From IMG/VR virus record IMGVR_UViG_3300046816_000434: a stretch of 64,000 bases of DNA; one strand, 5' to 3'. A program made the translations under genes and the position numbers. The stretch is from a virus. Shown in pieces: positions 1 through 6,676 of the stretch. The notes beneath the pieces were generated by a model. That model was not told the origin of the DNA. It saw only the letters and a program-made list of their open reading frames with translations, and ran no database searches. Each line of letters opens with the position of its first letter. Position 1 is the stretch's first letter.

Positions 1-422
1 CACTGCTTCTGCTGCCCGATGCCCAGCCCAGCCATAGGCACCTCCACCGCGAACCCCCGGCACTTGAGCGCCGGAACCAGAAACTCGCGGTAGTCGCCCC
101 CGGCCAGGACGACCAGCCGTGCGCTTTCGGGAGCACAGTCGCGCAGGCAGCTTGCGGTGATGCGGCTCCAGGTCTGCCGCCGCACCCGGTCGTCCGGGTC
201 GGTCGGGTCGTCCTTCCTCCAGGTGAAGTCGTACGGCTCCACGATGCGGTCGGGGCGCATGATGCCATGCAGTGCGCTCAGGATGAACCAAGGGCGTCCG
301 GTGGCCTCGACGTAGGCTCTGGCCTTACTGAACCAGTCGGAGACGTACAGCATCCTGGCTGGCTGCGCTGTGGTCGCCTTCCCGGCGACGCAGGACACGA
401 GGAATACGCGGTTGTCTGCCAT
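1..422 (-). CDS. DUF6884-family protein, 3' end truncated by window edge
   Basis: Manual translation from ATG at 422: MADNRVFLVSCVAGKATTAQPARMLYVSDWFSKARAYVEATGRPWFILSALHGIMRPDRIVEPYD...LAGGDYREFL...VEVPMAGLGIGQQKQ. It matches the LVSCxxxK...LYxSxWFxKAR...WFILSAxHG...EPYD pattern. Absent from the ORF track. Confidence 0.75.
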   Translation of the reverse strand, partial: MADNRVFLVSCVAGKATTAQPARMLYVSDWFSKARAYVEATGRPWFILSALHGIMRPDRIVEPYDFTWRKDDPTDPDDRVRRQTWSRITASCLRDCAPESARLVVLAGGDYREFLVPALKCRGFAVEVPMAGLGIGQQKQ

Positions 423-425
423 AGG

Positions 426-674
426 CTAGAAGTTGTGCAGTTTGTGCTCAGGCCAGGACTCAGCGGCAGCGGCGTGAAGTTCTTCCGCCGTGGGTACGGC
501 GATGTTCAGCGTCTTCATGCGCTGGCGTAGCTTCTCAGCGTTCATCCGGTTGAGCGCACTAACCAGATTCTCATCCCAGCCTTCGGCGCGGAGATAGTAA
601 TACTTTGCGCCCTGGATGTAGTCAGAGCGGATCGACGCTGCCGATTCGGTGCTCTTCGTTGTCTGTCGTTTCAT
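426..674 (-). CDS. Hypothetical protein, 82 aa
   Basis: ATG preceded by GAGGAG Shine-Dalgarno; 3-nt gap to the next gene. Confidence 0.7.
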   Translation of the reverse strand: MKRQTTKSTESAASIRSDYIQGAKYYYLRAEGWDENLVSALNRMNAEKLRQRMKTLNIAVPTAEELHAAAAESWPEHKLHNF

Positions 675-736
675 GGTCTCCTCAGTGCCAGATTGACTGG
701 CAGACGGCGGTGCCTCCCGGCGTGGCCGTTTCGACC
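675..736 (-). ncRNA. Type II hammerhead ribozyme HH1
   Basis: Minus strand: GGUC-GAAA-CGGC..GCC-GGGA-GGC..GCCG-UC^UGCCAG-UCAAU-CUGGCA-CUGAGGA-GACC-AUG. Complete core (CUGANGA, GAAA, GUC cleavage triplet) and all three stems pair. Predicted cut between 703 and 702. Confidence 0.9.
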
Positions 737-739
737 TTG

Positions 740-949
740 TCAGGCAGCAGGCAGGTTTGCCGCCCAGTCAATCAGGCACAGCACAACCTTCAGCGCAACG
801 GCGATGAATGCCAGCCCAAAGCAAACGCCAACCGCGCCACAGATCCATTGCAGGATCAGCACCGCCAGAGGGCTAAAGCAGCATGCGACCAGCAGGAGGT
901 GGAAGGCGATAATTCCGGCCCATTCCAGGCGGTTCAGCTTATCGGGCAT
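740..949 (-). CDS. Small membrane protein, two predicted TM segments
   Basis: MPDKLNRLEWAGIIAFHLLLVACC...; hydrophobic and overlapping the upstream stop. Confidence 0.6.
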   Translation of the reverse strand: MPDKLNRLEWAGIIAFHLLLVACCFSPLAVLILQWICGAVGVCFGLAFIAVALKVVLCLIDWAANLPAA

Positions 950-1388
950 GGAACGCCTCCCGGATTGTGTGATTGATGTAGCCGTAGTTCCTGCGCTGGT
1001 CGTCCTGGTCCTGATACCCCTTACCCTGACATTGATGACAGACCCCGCCAAACTGCGGAGGCGCACCGTTGATGCAAGGCCCCCAGCGATACTCGCCAGA
1101 GCACTGGCAGTGGTCGCAGGCGCGGTACTGCAGGTCTGCAACCTCCCGCTTGTCATCGTCGCGCCCTACCGTCCTGACGGGCCAGCCGTTGCCCTGGAGC
1201 CGTGTCGCCGCAAGCTGCCGCGCTACCGCCTGGGCCTCAGCCAGCGTGCAGTGCAGGTACAACCTCCCGTCCGTGGTGAAGCCGTCCAGCACGCGGCGGT
1301 CTACCGTGCGCCAGACCTTGTGGGCGTTCGGGACGTGGACCGTCCAGCGCTGCATGTAGTCGTTCGTCTGTTCGTTCGTGTCGTTCAT
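939..1388 (-). CDS. Phage protein with C-terminal DnaJ-like CxxCxxxG zinc finger
   Basis: CDHCQCSG...CHQCQGKG motifs; ATG at 1388 after a purine-rich GAGAGA. Confidence 0.7.
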   Translation of the reverse strand: MNDTNEQTNDYMQRWTVHVPNAHKVWRTVDRRVLDGFTTDGRLYLHCTLAEAQAVARQLAATRLQGNGWPVRTVGRDDDKREVADLQYRACDHCQCSGEYRWGPCINGAPPQFGGVCHQCQGKGYQDQDDQRRNYGYINHTIREAFHAR

Positions 1389-1402
1389 GTTCAATCTCTC
1401 TA

Positions 1403-1461
1403 TGGCCTAGCTCATCAGCGTCACGCGGCCAGTCGTGACAGACGCCTTACGGCGTTTCGCT
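1403..1461 (-). ncRNA. Type II hammerhead ribozyme HH2 with pseudoknot
   Basis: Minus strand: AGC-GAAA-CGCC-GUAA-GGCG-UC^UGUCACG-ACUGGCCG-CGUGACG-CUGAUGA-GCU-A-GGCCA. Canonical CUGAUGA core; loop I UGGCC pairs with the 3' GGCCA. Predicted cut between 1441 and 1440. Confidence 0.92.
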
Positions 1462-2418
1462 TATCTGCACCAGTTGAGCCTGGATGAAAGCGCCGAACGG
1501 CTGCACGCTGTCGCCACGCTGGTAGGCTTCCTGGTAGTCGACAATCTCCTGCGGGGTGTCCGCCGTGATGCGGTCGACCTCGGCCTGCGCCAGGAGTCCG
1601 CCGTCCAGGATGAACTGGGTCATGGAGCCGGGGCGCTTCTTGCTGTCGCGGCCCCACAGTCCCTTCATCGCGGCAGTTTTGAACCGTGGCCGCGCTCGGG
1701 CCTCCAGGCGGACGATGCCGCGCAGTTGATCCGGTGCCAGTGCGGCGACTTCCTCCGGTTGCATGGCCGCGCAGAAGTAACACGAGGACTTGGGCGGAAC
1801 AGGCAGGCCAGCCAAGGCGATCTCCAGCTTGCAGCGGTCCCGGTTCCAGCCCCAGTCCTGCAGGGGATACCAGTACTCGTAATGCTCTTCCTCCACCTCG
1901 GCATTGCAGGCGTAGGTGCGAACCCGCTTCTGATCGGCGGAACTGTCGTCGTACCCGATGACCTTCAGCACCTTCTCTCCAGTCGCCCACCATTCCTTGG
2001 CTGGTGCCCACGCCTGGATGAACCGATGCTGGGGAGCGGCCTTCCATTTCTGGGAGCAGGACTTGAACTGGAAGCTAAAGCTGATCGACGGCAGCGTGCC
2101 GTTGGTCAGGCAGTTCTGCTCCAGGCTGTAGTACGGAGGCCAGTTCTTGAAGTTCTGGGGCACGTAGCGAACGACAGTGACCTCGGGCATGCCGTGGGCT
2201 ACCAGGAAGGCATTGATCGTCTCCAGGTAGGCGTAGGTTTCAGGGCGCTCCCCGCCAACGTCCGCGAACAGGATCAGATCCGGGACGATGCGGCGACGGG
2301 CAAACTCCACCAGCACTGCGGTAGAGTCAACGCCCATCCCGTAGGCGACGACCAGCGGCTGTCGCCGGGTGTAGGAACCGAACAGGTCCTCAGTGGTGAC
2401 GGTCTTCAGGGTACGCAT
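1447..2418 (-). CDS. Phosphoadenosine phosphosulfate reductase-like (PP-loop, adenine nucleotide alpha hydrolase) protein
   Basis: PP-loop variant AYGMGVDST, FADVGGERPETY, KSC, YPLQDWGW and PKSSCYFC Fe-S-type cysteines. Confidence 0.85.
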   Translation of the reverse strand: MRTLKTVTTEDLFGSYTRRQPLVVAYGMGVDSTAVLVEFARRRIVPDLILFADVGGERPETYAYLETINAFLVAHGMPEVTVVRYVPQNFKNWPPYYSLEQNCLTNGTLPSISFSFQFKSCSQKWKAAPQHRFIQAWAPAKEWWATGEKVLKVIGYDDSSADQKRVRTYACNAEVEEEHYEYWYPLQDWGWNRDRCKLEIALAGLPVPPKSSCYFCAAMQPEEVAALAPDQLRGIVRLEARARPRFKTAAMKGLWGRDSKKRPGSMTQFILDGGLLAQAEVDRITADTPQEIVDYQEAYQRGDSVQPFGAFIQAQLVQISETP

Positions 2419-2585
2419 TAGCGTGTCCTCCCGGTGAACATAAAGCTCCAGGCCCCGGCGTCAGGCCAGCGGGCGATACAGCAGCAGTGGGTCATGACGC
2501 TCTTCACCAGCACGGTGAAGGGGCCAGCCGCCTGAACGCGCTCAGCGTAGACGATGGCCTCCTGGGCAGAGTAGAAGGGGCGCAT
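2418..2585 (-). CDS. Small hypothetical protein
   Basis: ATG at 2585 overlaps the upstream TAA; stop overlaps the next start. Confidence 0.45.
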   Translation of the reverse strand: MRPFYSAQEAIVYAERVQAAGPFTVLVKSVMTHCCCIARWPDAGAWSFMFTGRTR

Positions 2586-3010
2586 TAGCGGCCCCCTTTC
2601 GACTTGGTCAGGATGAACGGCCCGATATTGCAGCGTCCGTCGCCGCAGACGCAGCATCCAGTGCTCTTGTCCGTCTGCACGGCGCCCATCGGCAGGCTGG
2701 CCTGAGAGCCGTGCAGGAAGGCGACAGGCTCGGCAGACTCATCCACGGCCCCGAACAAGCCACCCACGCTCTGCACGTCCGTGTCCTGCTTGGCAACCTC
2801 CACGTTGCGGACGACCAGCTTACGGCCCCGGCTCCACTTGGCGACTGGCTCAGTGACCGCGTCCAGGATCGAAGGCGCGGCGGGAGTGAACGGATCGACC
2901 AGTTCGCGGGTTTCCTCGACCATGTCATCCAGAATCGAGCGCTCACGGTAGACCGTGACGGCGGGTGCGTCGTTCGTAAGCTGCTTTGTTTGCTGCGGTG
3001 TGGTGTGCAT
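2585..3010 (-). CDS. Hypothetical protein, first gene of the early operon
   Basis: 141-aa ORF starting 6 nt after a -10-like hexamer; C-terminal CCVCGDGRC. Confidence 0.65.
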   Translation of the reverse strand: MHTTPQQTKQLTNDAPAVTVYRERSILDDMVEETRELVDPFTPAAPSILDAVTEPVAKWSRGRKLVVRNVEVAKQDTDVQSVGGLFGAVDESAEPVAFLHGSQASLPMGAVQTDKSTGCCVCGDGRCNIGPFILTKSKGGR

Positions 3011-3016
3011 GTCTGA

Positions 3017-3046
3017 ATCTTAACCAGCTAGCTGCATAAGGCGCAA
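3017..3046 (-). promoter_or_regulatory. Sigma70-like promoter giving a predicted leaderless mRNA
   Basis: TTGCGC-18 nt-TAAGAT-6 nt-ATG; the spacer contains the palindrome CAGCTAGCTG. Confidence 0.5.
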
Positions 3047-3339
3047 TACCAGTACCCAAAATCAGTACTAAAGTTGGGGTGAAATCACCCACATATGCGG
3101 GTACTGCGGCCCTCCTGCGCTGGTCCCCCGGCGCCCTGGCGCCACTGCGTCCCGGCTGGGCGGCAGTGCGTCCAGGCGCAACCGGACCAGCCGTCCAGGG
3201 CCGGCAACCAACGACCGGCCCAACGTTGCCGGCCAGCCCAGCATGTGAGCGCCTCACCTCCAGCCGCCTCACGAGTAGTGAGCGCCCAGCGGTGAGCGAT
3301 CAGAGCGGGACAGCAAGCGGGACAAGCGCAGATCGGTGT

Positions 3340-3870
3340 ATGCTGAGCACAGTGCCCAGACGTTGTACGGTTTGCCTCCATCCGGAACGTATCGCTATCG
3401 ACCGCAGCATAGCGGCAGGAACGGCCACATTCCGGGATATATCGAAACAACACGGCGTGACGACCAGCGCTTTGTCCCGGCATGTCGCCCAGCATTGGGC
3501 AAGTCCAGCCGTTTCAACGCCTGCAACCGTCGCCAACGAGGTTGTCCAGGCCGTCAGGGACCAGCAGGCCAAGGAACGGCGACAGACGATCAGCGTCTGG
3601 GAGCAGCGACTTCATACGACTTACACCGACGTAGCATCAGCATACGATATGGCGATAGGCGACGCTGATGGCATCGACGCCGCTGCAAAGTTCGCTATGG
3701 TGCGTGCTCGGCTCTGTGACACAGGCCTCCGGGCGGACGGCGTCCTGGCAGGTGGCGGGGAGACACGGGTAACCGTGAACGTGGAACAACTGATCGTTCT
3801 ACCCACGCCGCAGGCTCCCTCCAGGCCCACGCAAACCCCTGTAACCATTGACGTTAAGCAAACCGAATAG
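3340..3870 (+). CDS. Terminase small subunit-like HTH protein
   Basis: CTVCLHPERIAID...FRDISKQHGVTTSALSRH HTH, helical middle region and a C-terminal VTVNVEQLIVLP...TIDV tail typical of TerS. Start taken at ATG 3340. Confidence 0.6.
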   Translation: MLSTVPRRCTVCLHPERIAIDRSIAAGTATFRDISKQHGVTTSALSRHVAQHWASPAVSTPATVANEVVQAVRDQQAKERRQTISVWEQRLHTTYTDVASAYDMAIGDADGIDAAAKFAMVRARLCDTGLRADGVLAGGGETRVTVNVEQLIVLPTPQAPSRPTQTPVTIDVKQTE

Positions 3871-4110
3871 CCATAAGTTGACATAAACGCTGTTATCGGA
3901 AGTAAGTTGATAACTAACGACTTACAACATAAGACCTGCACGTCCTGTCGTACACCTTGACTTAGTGTATAACTAAGCTGCCCGGCGTGGCGTGGCCGTA
4001 GGCTCAGGCGTGGCTGTAGGCGTGGCCCCGTGGCGTGGGCGCAGGGCAGGCCCCTGCGTGCGCGAGGCCCCCCGGCACCCCTTTGCGTCGTGGGTCCCAT
4101 CGACGGCCTT

Positions 4111-4290
4111 GCTGGCTACATTCCTCTTGCGCACTTGTAGAACGGCGCAATACCGCACTGCGTTGGTCGCCCGCATTCCTCTTGCACATTGGCGGATCGC
4201 CGCGATTTCGTTGGTCGCTGGCTACATGTTTCTTGCACATTGGCTGATCCCTGCGGTTTGCGGTGGTCGCATTCCTCTTGCACACTATTA
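4111..4290. repeat. Four degenerate tandem repeats, core CATTCCTCTTGC(A/G)CA, period 45-55 bp
   Basis: Cores at about 4119, 4174, 4225 (variant) and 4270, mostly preceded by GGTCGC or GCTGGCTA. Confidence 0.8.
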
Positions 4291-4319
4291 GATCATGCCG
4301 ATTCGTTTGTCTCTCTGCG

Positions 4320-4510
4320 TTCTGCGCTCTGCGTTAGTCGTTGGCAGTTAGTCGTTAGTCGCTCAGCGTTCTGCGCGTGTTAGTTAGTGTCCTGCATATC
4401 GCTATGTCGCACACTTTCGTGTGATGCATAGTGCTATGTTACTGCCTTGCGCTGGTTGGTTCTGCGTTCTGCGTTGGTCAAGTTAGTTGCTGCACATAGC
4501 GTTTAGTTGC
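4320..4510. repeat. Low-complexity tract of GTTAG(T/C)CG and TTCTGCG short repeats
   Basis: Multiple copies of gttagtcg, gttagt and ttctgcg in non-coding DNA. Confidence 0.6.
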
Positions 4511-4540
4511 CTGTCAAGATTACGGCTGGGCGGCGCATCC

Positions 4541-4570
4541 TTGCCAAGAATCATGCGTGCATACTAGAAT
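4541..4570 (+). promoter_or_regulatory. Sigma70-like promoter giving a predicted leaderless mRNA
   Basis: TTGCCA-18 nt-TAGAAT-6 nt-ATG(4577); no Shine-Dalgarno. Confidence 0.55.
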
Positions 4571-4576
4571 GAACGG

Positions 4577-4960
4577 ATGGTTACCCGTATTTTTTCGTAC
4601 CTGATCCTGCTGGTTGCCGCCGCACAGGCGACTGACGAGCCCGGCTGGACGTTCTTCCCCGTCAATTCGGTGGAGGTGGCTAACGGCAAGACCGTCAGCG
4701 CACGTAGCGGTCTGGCCTTTTCTTTTTCCCAGCCCCCTGCCGAACGCGCCTTAATCACCGCCGAGGTGCTGGACCGTGGCGGGAGGCACACGTTTGCCGG
4801 CGAGGTCGATACGGACTCCGCTCGCGGCGACGCGCTTTTGAGGTTCCCCATTCAAAGCCTGGATCACTTTGAGGTGAAAAGCCTGACCGTTCAGGTGGGT
4901 CGCGCCGGTATCAAGACAATCGACCCGCATGCCGGGCAACGGTATCGCTACCAGCGTTAA
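4577..4960 (+). CDS. Secreted/periplasmic hypothetical protein
   Basis: N-terminal signal peptide MVTRIFSYLILLVAAAQA followed by a beta-rich domain. Confidence 0.65.
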   Translation: MVTRIFSYLILLVAAAQATDEPGWTFFPVNSVEVANGKTVSARSGLAFSFSQPPAERALITAEVLDRGGRHTFAGEVDTDSARGDALLRFPIQSLDHFEVKSLTVQVGRAGIKTIDPHAGQRYRYQR

Positions 4961-5178
4961 CGCGGCACCGCCATAATGCTGACCGTCCCGTCCTGGTCCG
5001 CCGCAAGCCAGTATTCAATCGCCTCTACCAGCCGGTCTTTGAACACTGTGATGGTGTCGCCGTCCAGCACGGCGTAACGGCGCTTCATCGCAGTTTCCGG
5101 AACGCGCACCAGGCGCAGATTAATATGCATAGAAGGTAGCCGGCGTAGAGAATCATTCTTCACCTTCCCGGCGCGCAA
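4957..5178 (-). CDS. Hypothetical protein
   Basis: 73-aa ORF; start uncertain (alternative ATG at 5130). Confidence 0.45.
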   Translation of the reverse strand: MRAGKVKNDSLRRLPSMHINLRLVRVPETAMKRRYAVLDGDTITVFKDRLVEAIEYWLAADQDGTVSIMAVPR

Positions 5179-5180
5179 GG

Positions 5181-5462
5181 TTAGTCATTGCGGCCCTCCT
5201 GGTTACGTTTGATGGTCTCGATCACCTGGCGCATGGTGGGGGTGTTGGCGCGGCGTTCTTCCCGGTGAAGCAGCAAGGCCCAGACCACGGCATTCACAAC
5301 CCAGATAAGGACCAGAAACACTTCTAGGCCGGGGTGTGTTAAGGTCACCCTGCCAACGTACATGCCCAGTATAAAAACGCTGGCGACAAGCATGACTTGC
5401 ATCATTCTGCGTAGCATCGGGCCTCTATATGCAAACTGAGTGAACACCGCCAGGTAGCTCAC
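5181..5462 (-). CDS. Membrane protein, two TM segments
   Basis: Two hydrophobic stretches with a charged C-terminus. Confidence 0.55.
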   Translation of the reverse strand: MSYLAVFTQFAYRGPMLRRMMQVMLVASVFILGMYVGRVTLTHPGLEVFLVLIWVVNAVVWALLLHREERRANTPTMRQVIETIKRNQEGRND

Positions 5463-5559
5463 CCAGTGAGCCTGCCCTGAGAATTAACATTGGGTCCCAT
5501 CCGGCTGTAGGCGCAGGGGTTTACAGGAAAGCGCTGTCTCATTTCGGCTACACTCTGCG

Positions 5560-5778
5560 TCACAGCCATACCTCCACAATGCACGGGTCGTCATCGGCCC
5601 AGCGCGGAATCGGCGTAAGGTTCATCTCTGCCAGTAGCTCGCGCAACGATTCCAGATCCGGCGCCACCACGATGGAGTCGGTGGGCTTCTCGCCGTGCCA
5701 CAGCCGGGCGACATAGCTGTTTGGATAGTCACGCGGCTGTTTATAGACCGTCCAGATTGGCGGTATGTTATTGCTCAT
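5560..5778 (-). CDS. Conserved phage hypothetical protein
   Basis: WTVYKQPRDYPNSYVARLW...DDDPCIVEVWL pattern; AAGGAG/GGGGAG upstream. Confidence 0.75.
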   Translation of the reverse strand: MSNNIPPIWTVYKQPRDYPNSYVARLWHGEKPTDSIVVAPDLESLRELLAEMNLTPIPRWADDDPCIVEVWL

Positions 5779-6202
5779 GAATGATGCTCCCCGGCTCCTT
5801 TCCTGCCTGAATGACGGCCATATCAATCACCTCGTCATCGGTGCCCACGCCATGGCTTTTCATGGATACGCGCGGCCAACTTGCGACTTCGATGTCCTGC
5901 TCGATCCCGCTTCCAATCCCGTGCCTGCCCTCGCTGCCTTCGGCATCACGGATCTGGCTTCGTTTCCTCCTGATGCTATCGTACGGTACGGCGACCCGCC
6001 GGATCGCATTGATCTGACCAATATCATAGAGGCGGTTACCTTCGCTGAGTCCTGGCCTGACCGTGTGCCGGCTCTCTTCTATGGGGTCCCTACTCATGTC
6101 ATCGGCCTCGCTGCCCTGGTCACGAACAAGCTGCAGTCGCGCCGCCTCAAGGATCACCTCGATGGCTTGCGGCTTCTCCAGATTGCACGGCAAGGGAACT
6201 AA
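5777..6202 (+). CDS. Minimal nucleotidyltransferase (DUF6036/AbiEii-like MNT fold)
   Basis: LVIGAHAMAFHGYARPTCDFDVL (GG/GA..DxD catalytic motif), PPDRIDL, LVTNK..RRLKD; followed by a terminator. Confidence 0.7.
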   Translation: MNDAPRLLSCLNDGHINHLVIGAHAMAFHGYARPTCDFDVLLDPASNPVPALAAFGITDLASFPPDAIVRYGDPPDRIDLTNIIEAVTFAESWPDRVPALFYGVPTHVIGLAALVTNKLQSRRLKDHLDGLRLLQIARQGN

Positions 6203-6204
6203 GG

Positions 6205-6253
6205 ACGGCCCGCTCTGAATAGCATCGGCCAGATGCCAGCGGGCCGTGCTTTT
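6205..6253 (+). terminator. Intrinsic terminator-like hairpin
   Basis: ACGGCCCGCT...AGCGGGCCGT stem with inner GCATC/GATGC hairpin, then GCTTTT. Confidence 0.5.
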
Positions 6254-6295
6254 GCTCTGGCTAATCTGTTCCGTCCTCCTTTCATTGAAATCGCA

Positions 6296-6676
6296 TTATT
6301 TCTCTGGCATCACCGAAGCGTTCCAGGCTTTCAGCACCCACCACACGGCCAGCTTGGTGCGGTTGTCCTTGCCGGTCTTCGCCAGGATGGTCGAGACCAT
6401 TACTTTGATCGTGCCCTCTCCCAGGCGCAGCAGTTGCCCGATTTCTTTGTTCACATCCCCGGCCGCGACGCGGTCGAGCACCTGCTTCTCGCGTGTCGTA
6501 AGCTCCTTGCCCAATAACAGCGAGGATGAGTAGCGCGGCGATTGCGGCTTGGGTCTCCTGCATTGCGCGCAGATACGCTGCATGGCCCGGTCGCTGAAGT
6601 CGGTGAAGTCCCGGCCGCAGCGGTAGCAGGTCTTCGGGACGCCCGTAACGACCGGCGCTTGCGCATGCAGGATCAT
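6296..6676 (-). CDS. LuxR-type HTH regulator with N-terminal zinc ribbon
   Basis: CYRC...CAQC, then LTTREKQVLDRVAAGDVNKEIGQLLRLGEGTIKVMVSTILAKTG..NRTKLA. Confidence 0.85.
   Translation of the reverse strand: MILHAQAPVVTGVPKTCYRCGRDFTDFSDRAMQRICAQCRRPKPQSPRYSSSLLLGKELTTREKQVLDRVAAGDVNKEIGQLLRLGEGTIKVMVSTILAKTGKDNRTKLAVWWVLKAWNASVMPEK

Noticed and set aside
1435-2421. Long opposite-strand ORFs (also 22026-23204, 24482-25681, 32781-34367, 39350-41173, 49726-51279, 52778-54145)
   Set aside because: Antisense shadows of well-supported genes in GC-rich DNA, with no recognisable motifs.
3079-3339. Extended N-terminus of the terS-like ORF
   Set aside because: Low-complexity Pro/Ala/Ser translation from a GTG start; the recognisable domain begins at ATG 3340.
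4111-4290. Possible mini-CRISPR array
   Set aside because: Repeats are degenerate, periods are irregular (45-55 bp), the would-be spacers resemble each other, and no cas genes are present.
5480-5525. Twister-like string TAAC...GGTCCCA..CCGG...AGGGG
   Set aside because: Lacks the P4 stem and the conserved loop/pseudoknot partners.
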